Shown: piece after piece, positions 12,963 to 22,729 of the stretch
How positions within the stretch are numbered: the stretch's first letter is position 1
Layout: each line of letters starts with the position of its first letter
Assembly (NCBI GenBank): GCA_963787285.1
Contig: CAWBCM010000017.1
Span: forward strand, 1,013 to 65,012
Origin: an uncultured Acidimicrobiales bacterium
Lineage (GTDB): Bacteria; Actinomycetota; Acidimicrobiia; Acidimicrobiales; JAHEJN01
Direction of reading: 5' to 3'
Length of the DNA stretch: 64,000 bases
Position numbers and translations under genes: made by a program
The notes under the pieces: generated by a model
The model's input: the letters and a program-made list of their open reading frames with translations, nothing else
The model's database searches: none
What the model was told of the DNA's origin: nothing

Positions 12963-14168
12963 ATGAGTCACGCGTTCTTCCATCCCTTCGCCGACCCCGC
13001 CAAGGACGAGGACGCCTTCATCGACATCGTTCGCGCTGAAGGCTCGATGCTCTACGACGACACGGGCAAGGGGTACATCGACGGACTGGCCAGTCTCTGG
13101 TACTGCCAGGTGGGTCACGGCCGCAACGAGATCATCGACGCGGTGGCCGATCAGCTCCGCACTCTCGACACGTACAACACCTTCGATCCCTTCACCAACG
13201 ACGCCGCGCGTGCCGCCGCCACGGCCATCATCGCCCGCAGCCCGTTTCCCGACGGCCGGGTGTTCCTCGGTTGCTCGGGCTCCGAGGCCGTCGACACCGT
13301 GTTGAAGCTCGTGCGGCGGGTGGCGCAGATCAACGGGGAGACCGACCGCCAGATCATCGTGCGTCGCACCCGGGGCTACCACGGCACCAACTTCGGCGGC
13401 ACCAGCTCGCAGGGCATCGAACCGAATCGCGAAGGATGGGGCGATCTGGTCCCCCACTTCGTCGAAGTGCCCCCCGACGACATCGAGGCCGCCGCCACCG
13501 TGTTCGCCGAACACGGTGAGCGCATCGCCGCGGTGATCACCGAGCCGGTGCAGGGCGCGGGCGGCGTGTTCCCGCCGGTCGACGGATACCTCGAAGGCCT
13601 CCGGCGCCTGTGTGACGCCAACGGTGCGCTGCTGGTGTTCGACGAGGTGATCTGTGGGTTCGGTCGAACGGGTAGCTGGTTCGGTTCCCAGACCTACGGT
13701 GTCACGCCCGATCTGTTCACCTTCGCCAAGGGCGTCACCTCGGGCTACCAGCCGGTGTCGGGGGTGGCGATGAGCCGAGGGGTGGCCGAGGTGCTCGAGA
13801 GCGCAGGAATGCTGCGCCACGGCTATACGTACTCCGGCCATCCCGCCGGCGCGGCGGCCGTGGTGGCCAACATCGATCTCCTCGAGTCCGACGGCCTGGT
13901 CGAGCGGGCGCTGCATCTCGGCACCTTGTTCGAGGCCGGTCTGTCGGCGATGGCCGCCGACGGCGCGATCGAGAGCTATCGCGGTGTCGGTGGCGTTTGG
14001 GCCGCCGAACTGGGCCGTGACGCCGTCGCGGTGCGTGGATCGCTGCTCGACAAGGGCGTGATCGTGCGTCCGATCGGCACCGCACTGGCCATCTGCCCGC
14101 CGCTCGTGATCACCGACGACGAGGTCGCCACGATGCTCGATGCGATGGCCGAAGCCGTGACCGAGTAG
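12963..14168 (+). CDS. Class III PLP-dependent (omega-amino acid) aminotransferase
   Basis: SGSEAVD, YHG, EPVQGAGG, DEVICGFGRTG, FAKGVTSGY, HGYTYSGHP. Confidence 0.92.
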   Translation: MSHAFFHPFADPAKDEDAFIDIVRAEGSMLYDDTGKGYIDGLASLWYCQVGHGRNEIIDAVADQLRTLDTYNTFDPFTNDAARAAATAIIARSPFPDGRVFLGCSGSEAVDTVLKLVRRVAQINGETDRQIIVRRTRGYHGTNFGGTSSQGIEPNREGWGDLVPHFVEVPPDDIEAAATVFAEHGERIAAVITEPVQGAGGVFPPVDGYLEGLRRLCDANGALLVFDEVICGFGRTGSWFGSQTYGVTPDLFTFAKGVTSGYQPVSGVAMSRGVAEVLESAGMLRHGYTYSGHPAGAAAVVANIDLLESDGLVERALHLGTLFEAGLSAMAADGAIESYRGVGGVWAAELGRDAVAVRGSLLDKGVIVRPIGTALAICPPLVITDDEVATMLDAMAEAVTE

Positions 14169-14172
14169 TGGT

Positions 14173-15495
14173 TCAGTGCCCGAGTGACTGCGCGAGATCG
14201 AGCAGCAGGTGCTCGTTGCCCCATGGCGCCGACAGCTGGGCGCCAATGGGTAGGCCGGTGGGCCCCGTGCCTGCGGGCACGCTCAACGACGGCCAACCGG
14301 CCACGTTGAACAGGTAGTTGTAGGGGAACGTCGCCACATCGACCGCGGTGTAGGTGTCGAGATCGTCGACCGGACCCGCGATGGTGTGGAGCGGAATGGT
14401 GGCCCGTCCGAGGGTCGGTGTGAGGAGTACGTCGTAGGGGGCCATGGCGGTGGCCAGCTGGTGCGTCACCTCGCCCATCGTCACCTGCGAGCGGGTGATG
14501 TCGGCCACGCCGAGAAGGGCGACCTCGCCGAGCGCCTGGAGGGTCATGGGTTCCAGCGTGGTGGAGTCGGCGGGCCGGCCGGTGGCCGCGCAGAGCGCGT
14601 CGACGTCGGCCGCCACCCAGCGCCAGAAGGTGGTGTACCAGGTGCTCATGAGCTGCTCGATGTCGACGGGCGCCTCTACCGGGCGCACACGATGACCGAG
14701 CTGGGTGAGGCGGGTGGCGAGGTCGTCGACAACGGCCACGACGTCGGGATCGACGGGTTCCCCCGCCCAGTGGTCGTGGTTGAGGGCGATCGACAGGGGC
14801 CGACCGGGGCTCGCGGCGTGGGGGCCGACGCCCAGGACCGACAGGCAGAGCCGAGCGTCGCCGACGGTCCGGGTGATCACGAACTCCTCGGCGATGCCAC
14901 CCCATCCGCCCGTCTCCCACGGCACCCGTCGTCGGCTCGGCTTGAGGCCGATGAGCCCGCAGGCCGCCGACGGAATACGGATCGACCCGGCGCAGTCGCT
15001 GGCATGGGCGATGGGAACGATCCCGGCGGCCACGGCCGCCGCCGCCCCACCGGAGGAACCGCCGGCCGAGTACGCCGGGTTCAGCGGATTGCGAGTGATG
15101 CCGTTGGCCGCCGACTCCGTGGAGCCCGCGGCGATGAACTCGGGAACCGCCGAGCGGCCGAGAATCTGCACTCCTGCCTGCTGGAGACGCTCGATGAACA
15201 CGCCGGTGGTCGCGGCCCGGTTCCCGGCCGCCAGACGCGAACCCATCTCGACCAGCCGTCCCGCTTCGGCCGACCCGTAGTCCTTGCGCAGGAACGGCAC
15301 ACCGGCGAGCGGGCCCGTCGACGTGGCGCAGGGGGTGGGATCGTCATACCACTCGACCACCGAGTTGATCTCGGGGTCGATTTCGGCGTGGCGGTCCGTC
15401 GCCGCCGACCGGAGTTCCTCGGGCGTGACCTCGCCCGCTCGGACCAGGGTCGCCAACTGGGCGGCGTCGAGGGTGGAGTACTCGGCGGGGTCCAA
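14173..15495 (-). CDS. Amidase-signature family amidase
   Basis: GVPFLRKD, GGSSGGAAAAVAAG, SDCAGSIRIP, GLKPSR. TTG start 1 nt after the upstream stop. Confidence 0.9.
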   Translation of the reverse strand: MDPAEYSTLDAAQLATLVRAGEVTPEELRSAATDRHAEIDPEINSVVEWYDDPTPCATSTGPLAGVPFLRKDYGSAEAGRLVEMGSRLAAGNRAATTGVFIERLQQAGVQILGRSAVPEFIAAGSTESAANGITRNPLNPAYSAGGSSGGAAAAVAAGIVPIAHASDCAGSIRIPSAACGLIGLKPSRRRVPWETGGWGGIAEEFVITRTVGDARLCLSVLGVGPHAASPGRPLSIALNHDHWAGEPVDPDVVAVVDDLATRLTQLGHRVRPVEAPVDIEQLMSTWYTTFWRWVAADVDALCAATGRPADSTTLEPMTLQALGEVALLGVADITRSQVTMGEVTHQLATAMAPYDVLLTPTLGRATIPLHTIAGPVDDLDTYTAVDVATFPYNYLFNVAGWPSLSVPAGTGPTGLPIGAQLSAPWGNEHLLLDLAQSLGH

Positions 15496-15496
15496 C

Positions 15497-17158
15497 TCAG
15501 TCCGCCAGCTCGATCGGACCCCATTCGGGGTAGGCGTCGCCCGGTCCCGGGTTCTCCGCAGGGCATCCGCCATCGAAGTGGTGCATCACGCCCCACACGG
15601 CATTGAGCGCGGTCTGCACCGCCCCCTCGGCCCATCCGGGCGTGAACGAGATGTCGTCGCCAGCGAGGAAGACCCCTCGCTGGGCGGCCGGCAGGTCGTC
15701 CTGGAGGAAGTGGCCGTACATACGCTGGTTGTAGCGATAGTGACCGGGCAGCGCCCCCTTGAATGCGCCGAGGAAGTCGGGGTCGGCCTCCCAGGACACG
15801 GTGAGGGGCTCCCCGATCACATGGCTGCGGATGGCCACGTTCGGGTAGATGGTCTCGAGCGTGTCGAGGGCCAACGCCGCCCGCTCGGCGGCCGACTTCG
15901 CCAGCACCTTCATCGCATCGCTCATCCATGCGTAGGAGAGGCAGATCACCGCCGGTCGGTCGGGTCCGTTGTCGAAGAGGTAGGTGCCACGGGTGTTGCG
16001 ATCGGTGAGCGTCATGCTCATGGCCGCGCGTCCGGTGACCGGGTCGATGTCGTGCCAGAACGGTCGATCGACCATCACGAAGGTCTTCGACGACTGCGCG
16101 TACCGAGTGCGGTCGAGGGCCATCCACACGGGCTGGCTGAACAGCGTCTCCTCGACGACGAGGTTGGTGGTGAGCAGCCAGCTCTGCATGGCCACCACCG
16201 CCGCCGGGTAGTCACCGACGGCACCGTCGCGATCGGTGATGAGCAGGGAGCCGTCGGGCGATCGATCGATTCGTGCCACTCCCGGTCGGGGCGCGCCGCC
16301 GTGCAGGCTCGACAGTGACGTTCCCGGGGGCCACCCGACGGTCGAGACGGGTGCGTGGTCCCACAGACGGCGTGGGAGCTGTTCGGCGCCGCCCACCACG
16401 AGACGCTGGTCGGACTCGAACTCGTTCAGCACCACGCGGAAGATCTCGAGCATGGAATTGGCGAAGTCGGAGTCCCACCCTCCCGTGCCGAACCCCACCT
16501 GACCGAACACCTCGCGATGCCGGAAATCCAGTTTGGAGAACGCCTTGCTCGTGGCCACGAAGTCATAGAAGGTTCGACCGTCCCATGCGGCGACGATCGG
16601 GTTCCAGAGCATCTTCAACGCGGCGGCGTCTCGCCGCCGCACGGCCTGCTTCAGCTCACCGATGCCCACCTCCTCCTCCAGCGCGGTGTTCCAGGCATCG
16701 GCGATCTCCCGGAACAACGGCGGCAGATCGTCGGGGGTCTTCGCGTAGTGCTGCTCGCCCGCGAGATCGATCAGGGTCGTCGGTGCCGCCGGGGTCAGCG
16801 GGTTCGGAAACGGCGCGGTCTCGAGCCCGACGAGATCGGCGTAGTGGAAGAACGCCCGTCCGGACTCCGGGAAACGCATGCCGCCCAGTTCGGCGATCAC
16901 CTCGGGCGCCCCGGCAAAGGGTTCGGAACGGAGCCGACCGCCGAGACGGCCCGCCTCGTAGACCACCGGACGCAAGCCGAGGCGCAGCAGCTCGTAGGCG
17001 GTGACCAACCCGCCGATGCCGGCGCCGATCACGGCCACCTCGGTGCCGTGGTGGTGTTTCGGAATCGAGCCGAGGCCGCTGGGATGGTGAAGCCAGTCGT
17101 CGAAGGCGAAGGTGAAGTCGGGCCCGAATGCGCTCATCGGGGCATCGGGAGGCGCCAT
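15497..17158 (-). CDS. davB: Flavin-dependent amino-acid 2-monooxygenase (lysine 2-monooxygenase DavB / IaaM family)
   Basis: FGPDFTFAFDDWLHHPSGLGSIP, GAGIGG FAD motif, AELGGMRFP, FGQVGFGTGGWDSDF, GWAEGA; closely recalls Pseudomonas DavB. Confidence 0.85.
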   Translation of the reverse strand: MAPPDAPMSAFGPDFTFAFDDWLHHPSGLGSIPKHHHGTEVAVIGAGIGGLVTAYELLRLGLRPVVYEAGRLGGRLRSEPFAGAPEVIAELGGMRFPESGRAFFHYADLVGLETAPFPNPLTPAAPTTLIDLAGEQHYAKTPDDLPPLFREIADAWNTALEEEVGIGELKQAVRRRDAAALKMLWNPIVAAWDGRTFYDFVATSKAFSKLDFRHREVFGQVGFGTGGWDSDFANSMLEIFRVVLNEFESDQRLVVGGAEQLPRRLWDHAPVSTVGWPPGTSLSSLHGGAPRPGVARIDRSPDGSLLITDRDGAVGDYPAAVVAMQSWLLTTNLVVEETLFSQPVWMALDRTRYAQSSKTFVMVDRPFWHDIDPVTGRAAMSMTLTDRNTRGTYLFDNGPDRPAVICLSYAWMSDAMKVLAKSAAERAALALDTLETIYPNVAIRSHVIGEPLTVSWEADPDFLGAFKGALPGHYRYNQRMYGHFLQDDLPAAQRGVFLAGDDISFTPGWAEGAVQTALNAVWGVMHHFDGGCPAENPGPGDAYPEWGPIELAD

Positions 17159-17201
17159 GGCCGAACGTTAGCCCGCGCCGACGATCCCATCGGACCCTGC
17201 A

Positions 17202-17230
17202 TTGCAGATGAGAATCGTTCTCATTATCGT
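17202..17230 (+). promoter_or_regulatory. Housekeeping-type promoter with a Fur/Zur-like box filling the spacer
   Basis: TTGCAG (17202-17207), 17 bp, TATCGT (17225-17230). The spacer is the inverted repeat ATGAGAA-TCG-TTCTCAT. GTG start 7 nt downstream. Confidence 0.7.
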
Positions 17231-17237
17231 GGCGAGG

Positions 17238-18137
17238 GTGCACACTCGCGCCCTGGCCGTCGGCCTCGTCACCCTCATGGCGACAGCGTGCGGATCGTCG
17301 GAATCCCCCGGTCGGCCACTCGAGGAACCGCCGTCGATCGTGGTCACCACCGACATCTGGGCCGATGTCGTCGGCAACGTCGTCTGCGGCGCCGGACCCG
17401 TCGTGCAGTTGCTCCCGTCGGGAGCGGACCCGCACGGCTACGAGGCCTCCCTCGCTGATCGCGGTGCGCTCGACGACGCCGCCCTCATCGTCACCAATGG
17501 CCTGGGACTCGAAGGCTCTCTCAGCGACACGTTGAATGCGGTCGATGACGTCCCGGTCTTCGCTATGGCCGACCACGTCGACACGCTCGCGCTGCTCGGT
17601 GGAGTGGGCGACGGTGAAGGTGATGATCCCCACGTGTGGCTCGATCCGCTCCGAGTGGCTTCGGCGATGCCGTCGTTGCTCGACGCTCTGGTCGCTGCCG
17701 GCTTCCAGCGGCCGGCCATCGAGCAGTGCATGAACGTCTACATCGATCGGCTGACCGCGCTCGACGCAGAGATCGCTGCCTTGGTGAGCGCCATCCCGGC
17801 CGACCGCAGGTTGCTGGTCACCGGCCACGAGTCACTCGGGTATTTCGCCGACCGCTACGGCTTCACCGTGATCGGCGCAGTGATCGAGGGTGGGTCCTCC
17901 CTCGGAGCCGCCAATCCGGCGGCGCTCGCCGACCTGGTCGACGCCATCGAGGCAACGGGGGTCCCGGCGATCTTCGTCGACGTGAACGTGTCGAGCGACG
18001 ATGCCGAGGTACTGGCCGACAGGACCGGAGTGGAGGTGGTTGGGCTGCCGGTGGAGGCATTCACCGAAGATGCCACCACCTACGTGGACCTCATGAGAGT
18101 CATTGCGGCGCGGGTGACGGCCGCTCTGAGTGGCTGA
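17238..18137 (+). CDS. Metal (Zn/Mn) ABC transporter substrate-binding lipoprotein
   Basis: Lipobox ATAC, DPHGYE, NGLGLE, DPHVWLDP, HESLGYFADRYG. Confidence 0.92.
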   Translation: MHTRALAVGLVTLMATACGSSESPGRPLEEPPSIVVTTDIWADVVGNVVCGAGPVVQLLPSGADPHGYEASLADRGALDDAALIVTNGLGLEGSLSDTLNAVDDVPVFAMADHVDTLALLGGVGDGEGDDPHVWLDPLRVASAMPSLLDALVAAGFQRPAIEQCMNVYIDRLTALDAEIAALVSAIPADRRLLVTGHESLGYFADRYGFTVIGAVIEGGSSLGAANPAALADLVDAIEATGVPAIFVDVNVSSDDAEVLADRTGVEVVGLPVEAFTEDATTYVDLMRVIAARVTAALSG

Positions 18138-18159
18138 ACCACCCCTCTTGTCCGCTATG

Positions 18160-18173
18160 TGAACACTTGTTCA
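18160..18173. promoter_or_regulatory. Perfect inverted repeat TGAACA-CT-TGTTCA, candidate repressor operator
   Basis: Lies in an AT-rich intergenic patch ~70 nt upstream of the monooxygenase. Confidence 0.4.
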
Positions 18174-18241
18174 GTTTTTGCTTTCCTTCACATCCTTTCT
18201 GAATTACCATCGGGCGAACGACCCCAGAGGGAGATCTTTCC

Positions 18242-19468
18242 ATGGCACCGAGCCACACATTCGAAGCGCACTCGCCACTCGCCGAGCGGGCGATCGAGCT
18301 CCTGCCGCTCATCGCGGAGAACCAGTCCTACTCCGATACTCGTGGCGAGCTGGCCCCCGAGGTCGTCGAAGCATTCCACCTCAACGGCATGTTCAAGATG
18401 TGGGTGCCCGAGGATCTCGGTGGTTCCGAGCTCACGCCCATCAAGTCGCTCGAAGTGCTCGAGATCAGCTCGTACGGCGACGCGTCGGCGGGGTGGGTGC
18501 AGATGGCGTCGTGCCTGTCCACCGGCGTCGGTGCTGCCTACATGGGCGAGAGCGCGGTCGAAGCCCTGTACCCGCCCGACCACCGCACGGTGATCGCAGG
18601 CCAGGGCACCCGCCCCGGTTTCGCCAAGACCGTCGACGGCGGTTACATGCTCACCGGCGAGTGGAGCTTTGCGTCGGGACTCAAGCACGGCAACTACATC
18701 CACACCCTCGGCATCATCGAGGAGACGGGGGAGCCCCGTATCTTCGTCGTGCCCGTCGAACAAGCCGTCCTCCATCAGGAGTCGTGGGACGTCCTGGGTC
18801 TGAAGGGCACCGGCAGCATCGACTACGAGATCGAAAACGTGTTCGTGCCCGAGGAATACACCCACTTCGCCTTCACCCGTGACGGCAGTCGCGGCGACAT
18901 CTACAAGCTCGGCATCATCGCCTTCGCCGTGGTGTGCCACTCGGGTTGGGCCATGGGCGTGGGCCGTCGCCTGCTCGACGAGCTCAAGGGGCTGGCCCAG
19001 TCGAAGACGGGTCGGGCCGGTTCCCAGGTCGACTCCGACAAGTTCCATCACGACTTCGCCGTGGCCGAGGCCAAGTTCCGGGCCGCCCGCGCGTTCGTGA
19101 TGGAGTCGTGGCGTGACGTCGAAGAGACGTTCAACGCCGGTGGCGAGATCTCCGTCGAGCAGGACACCAACATCCGCCTCGCGCTCGGCCACATCACCTC
19201 GACCCTGCTCGAGGTGGCCAACTTCGTCTACCTCGCCGGCGGTACCACCGCCCTGCGCCGGGGGCCCATCGAGACCATGCTGCGCGACGTGCACGCCGGT
19301 ACCCAGCACATCACCTCGGGTCCCAGCATGTGGCAGAACTGCGGCAAGCAGCTCGCCGGTCTGGCCGAGGGCATGCACTGGATCCTCCTCGACCTGGTGC
19401 CCGATGCACCGGCCGACGACGCCGCGGCCGACGAGTCCACCGAGCCCGAGCTGGCCCCGGCGGGTTAG
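18242..19468 (+). CDS. Acyl-CoA-dehydrogenase-fold flavin monooxygenase (HsaA/IacA/NcnH-like)
   Basis: GEWSFASG, WDVLGLKGTGS, AGGTTAL, LRDVHAGTQH. Confidence 0.82.
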   Translation: MAPSHTFEAHSPLAERAIELLPLIAENQSYSDTRGELAPEVVEAFHLNGMFKMWVPEDLGGSELTPIKSLEVLEISSYGDASAGWVQMASCLSTGVGAAYMGESAVEALYPPDHRTVIAGQGTRPGFAKTVDGGYMLTGEWSFASGLKHGNYIHTLGIIEETGEPRIFVVPVEQAVLHQESWDVLGLKGTGSIDYEIENVFVPEEYTHFAFTRDGSRGDIYKLGIIAFAVVCHSGWAMGVGRRLLDELKGLAQSKTGRAGSQVDSDKFHHDFAVAEAKFRAARAFVMESWRDVEETFNAGGEISVEQDTNIRLALGHITSTLLEVANFVYLAGGTTALRRGPIETMLRDVHAGTQHITSGPSMWQNCGKQLAGLAEGMHWILLDLVPDAPADDAAADESTEPELAPAG

Positions 19469-20133
19469 CCGAGGAACTCCACGGCGCCCTGCGCCGTGCA
19501 CAACCAGCCGAACACGTGCTCGAAGCTCCACTCGGTTGCCGCGCGCATGAAGTCGGGGCCGGCATGGTTCATGGCGTCGGTCACCAGGATGGGCCAGAAC
19601 TCGTTGAAGAACGCCGACCGCGCCGTGCTCTCGACACACACGTTGGTGGCGATGCCGCAGAACAGCAGATTTCGGACCTGGCGGGCGCGTAGTTCTTCGG
19701 CCAGGTCGGTACGGATGAAGCCGTCGTAGCGAGTCTTGGCCACGACCAGATCGCCAGGCTCGGGAGCGAGTGCGTCGACGATCTGCCAGTCCCAGGTGCC
19801 TTCGACCAGCAACGTGCCGGACAGCTCGGGACGCTGGCGCATGACCACCAGCGCCAGCTCCTTCTGGTAGTTCGGCGATTCGGGACCGCCCCCGGTTGCG
19901 AGGTCGGCGGAGTAGCCCATCTGGAGATACACGACGGGGGAACCGGCCGCGCGCGCGGCGTCGGCGACGAGCCCCGTGGCCTCGACGGCGGGTGCCGCGC
20001 CCGAGATGTCGTGGCCGGCGATGTCGAACATGCCACCGGTCGAGGCGAACGCGTTCTGCATGTCGACGATGACGACTGCGGTGGCCGCGGGCTCTATGTC
20101 GATCGGCTCGGGGCGGGTGGCGAGCGCAGTCAC
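19465..20133 (-). CDS. rutB: Isochorismatase-family amidohydrolase, RutB-like
   Basis: RPEPI..., IVDMQNAF, GGPESPN, GTWDWQIVD, GIATNVCVEST, HAGP, FGW; collinear with E. coli RutB. Confidence 0.8.
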   Translation of the reverse strand: MTALATRPEPIDIEPAATAVVIVDMQNAFASTGGMFDIAGHDISGAAPAVEATGLVADAARAAGSPVVYLQMGYSADLATGGGPESPNYQKELALVVMRQRPELSGTLLVEGTWDWQIVDALAPEPGDLVVAKTRYDGFIRTDLAEELRARQVRNLLFCGIATNVCVESTARSAFFNEFWPILVTDAMNHAGPDFMRAATEWSFEHVFGWLCTAQGAVEFLG

Positions 20134-20139
20134 CGTGAA

Positions 20140-21156
20140 TCAGGCGTCTCGACGGCGCGAGCGGAAGCGGGCGGTCGCCGATTCGAGACTGGGGATCACG
20201 CCCCGCCGGAAGAACAGGAACAGAGCGACGATCACGATGCCATAGAGCATCACCTGGAGCTGGCTGTAGTCGACGAGCCACTCGTCGACGGCGGTGACGG
20301 CCACGGCTCCCAGCACCGGAGCCAGCAGTGAGCCGATGCCACCGAAGGACAGCATGACGATCGTGCGCACGTCGACGTGGCCGAAGGCATAGGTCGACGG
20401 TCCGATGAAACCCTCGGAGTGGGCGTAGAACGCCCCGGCGATGCCGAGCATGAACGAGCCGATCATGCCTGCGTACACCCGGTAGCGGGTCACGTCGATG
20501 CCCGAGAGCTCGGCCGCGACCTCGTCGTCCCGTAGGGCCCGGAACGCCCAGCCGACGTGGGAACGCTGTAGGTAGCGGTAGAGGACGAGATAGGCGAAGA
20601 CCAACGCGAGGAACACGTAGTACGGCGACACCTGATCGGAGAGGAACGTGTCCTTCCCTGCTTCGACCCGCAGGCCCGATTCACCCCCGGTGAGGTCGCG
20701 ACGTCCGAGGATCAGGCTCTGGAACGACAACGAGAACGCGAGGGTGACGATGCCCGTGAAGATCACGTCGAGCGACCGGCTGACGGCGATCCAGCTCAAC
20801 AAGCCGCCCACCGCCGCGGAGATCAAGCCGGCGAGCACGATGCTGATCACCATGGGGATTCCCACGCGGTCGGTGAGGATCGCCGAGCCGAAACCACCGA
20901 TGCCCGCCAGCGCCCCGACGCACAGGAAGAGCTGTCCGGTGCTGCCGAAGATGATGTTGAACGAGATGGTGTAGGCGGTGAACAACAGCATGCCGATGAC
21001 CACGCCCATCATCGAGCGCGAGTCGTGGTACCGCAGCGGAACCAGCGCCAGCAGCGCCACGGTCACCACGATCGGGGCGTAGGCCCGAATCGCCGACGGC
21101 CGGGTCGCGGCCGCAACACCGGGCGCGCGCGACTCGACGTCGGCGGTGACGGTCAT
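20140..21156 (-). CDS. Branched-chain amino-acid-type ABC permease (LivM-like)
   Basis: TGGESG, ALRDDEVAAELSGID, GGIGS. Confidence 0.9.
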   Translation of the reverse strand: MTVTADVESRAPGVAAATRPSAIRAYAPIVVTVALLALVPLRYHDSRSMMGVVIGMLLFTAYTISFNIIFGSTGQLFLCVGALAGIGGFGSAILTDRVGIPMVISIVLAGLISAAVGGLLSWIAVSRSLDVIFTGIVTLAFSLSFQSLILGRRDLTGGESGLRVEAGKDTFLSDQVSPYYVFLALVFAYLVLYRYLQRSHVGWAFRALRDDEVAAELSGIDVTRYRVYAGMIGSFMLGIAGAFYAHSEGFIGPSTYAFGHVDVRTIVMLSFGGIGSLLAPVLGAVAVTAVDEWLVDYSQLQVMLYGIVIVALFLFFRRGVIPSLESATARFRSRRRDA

Positions 21157-22010
21157 GTTCGGCCCCCGAGGATGCCACTCGGGCGGATCACGATGGTGAG
21201 CGCCGCGGCGAGCAGCAACATGATGGTGGTGATGTAGGTGCCGATGTAGAAGGAGCTGATGGTGTTGACGATGCCCAGCACCACGCCGGCCAGGAAGGCA
21301 CCCGAAACGCTCCCCAGGCCACCGACCACGGCGACGATGAGGGCCAGCGTGGTGAAGTCGATGCCGTTGGTGACCGTGACCGGAGCGGTCATCGAGCGGG
21401 TGACCGCCACCAGACAGGCCAGGACGCCACTGAGGGCGAAGATGAAGGTGCGGACCCGGGCAGGGTTGATGCCGCAGAGGCGGGCACCCTCCTCGTCCTG
21501 GATCACCGATCGCACCGCTCGACCCATGGTGGTGAGCCGGAAGAACGCCACCAGGACGGCGCCCACGGCAATGGTGATACCGGAGGCGAGGAGACTGCCG
21601 GTGCGCATGCGAACGCCCAGGATCGGGATGGGGTCACCGCCGATCCGGATGCTGAGGCTCTCGATGGGGTAGCGCCATACCAAGAAGCCGTCGATCACGA
21701 AGCCGACGCCGAGCATGAGCAACAGGCCGAGCAGCACTCGCGGTTCACCGCGCAGCCGGTACACGGGCTGCATCAGGGTGAGATCGAGCAGCAATCCGGC
21801 GATTCCGGCGCTCACCAGACCCACGCCGATGGCGGGTACGAGCGGCAGGCCGGCGTCGAACGACAACGTGGTGATGATGGCGCCCAGCACCGCGAGCTGT
21901 CCGTGAGCGAGATTGAGCACACCGCCGAGGCCGTACACGAGGGACAGGCCGACACCGAGCATGCCGTACTGCAGGCCGAGCACGATGCCATCGAGAATCG
22001 CAGCCTTCAT
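21153..22010 (-). CDS. Branched-chain amino-acid-type ABC permease (LivH-like)
   Basis: GLSLVYG...NLAHG, GRAVR, GGLGSVSGA, RPSGILG. Confidence 0.9.
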   Translation of the reverse strand: MKAAILDGIVLGLQYGMLGVGLSLVYGLGGVLNLAHGQLAVLGAIITTLSFDAGLPLVPAIGVGLVSAGIAGLLLDLTLMQPVYRLRGEPRVLLGLLLMLGVGFVIDGFLVWRYPIESLSIRIGGDPIPILGVRMRTGSLLASGITIAVGAVLVAFFRLTTMGRAVRSVIQDEEGARLCGINPARVRTFIFALSGVLACLVAVTRSMTAPVTVTNGIDFTTLALIVAVVGGLGSVSGAFLAGVVLGIVNTISSFYIGTYITTIMLLLAAALTIVIRPSGILGGRT

Positions 22011-22018
22011 CGTTCTCC

Positions 22019-22729
22019 TCAGGCCACGCCGAGGTAGGCGCGTCGGACATCGGGGTTGCTCGCGAGCTCGTCGGAGGTACCCGAGAGCTGAATGCGACCA
22101 TTCTCCAGCACGTAGCCCCGATCGGCCAGCCCCAGCGCCAGGGGAACCTGCTGCTCGGCCACCAGCACGGTGAGTCCCTGTTGGCGCAGCGCAGCGAGGG
22201 CGCGGTAGGCCTCGCCGGCGAGCTTCGGGGCCAGCCCCGTGGTGGGTTCGTCGAGCATGAGCAGCCTGGGCTCCGACATCAGGGCGCGACCGACGGCCAC
22301 CATCTGCTGCTCGCCGCCGCTCATCGTGCCGGCGTGTTGGCGTTCCCGTTCGGCGAGGCGGGGAAAGAGCTCGAACACGACCGCCATTCGTTCGGGATTC
22401 GGTCGGTTGGGATAGGCGCCGAGCAGCAGGTTTTCCCGCACCGACATTTCGGGGAACAGGTGGCGCTCGGCCGGCACGTAGGCCAAACCGGCCCTGGCCA
22501 GCTGATGGGCGCTGGTGGTGGTGATGTCGTCGCCGGCGAACACGATCGTGCCTGCGCTGTTGTCCTTCATCCCACAGACGGCTCGGAACAGGGTGGTCTT
22601 GCCGGCGCCGTTGGAGCCGATGATCGCAACGGCCTCGCCCTCGTCGACGCTGAAGTCGACCTCGTGGACCACGTCCTGGCCCGAGTATCCGGCGCTGACC
22701 CCGCGCACCTGAAGCAGTGGCTCAGCCAT
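22019..22729 (-). CDS. ABC ATPase (LivF-like)
   Basis: GSNGAGKTT, MSGGEQQM, LDEPTTGLAP, AYLG. Confidence 0.93.
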   Translation of the reverse strand: MAEPLLQVRGVSAGYSGQDVVHEVDFSVDEGEAVAIIGSNGAGKTTLFRAVCGMKDNSAGTIVFAGDDITTTSAHQLARAGLAYVPAERHLFPEMSVRENLLLGAYPNRPNPERMAVVFELFPRLAERERQHAGTMSGGEQQMVAVGRALMSEPRLLMLDEPTTGLAPKLAGEAYRALAALRQQGLTVLVAEQQVPLALGLADRGYVLENGRIQLSGTSDELASNPDVRRAYLGVA

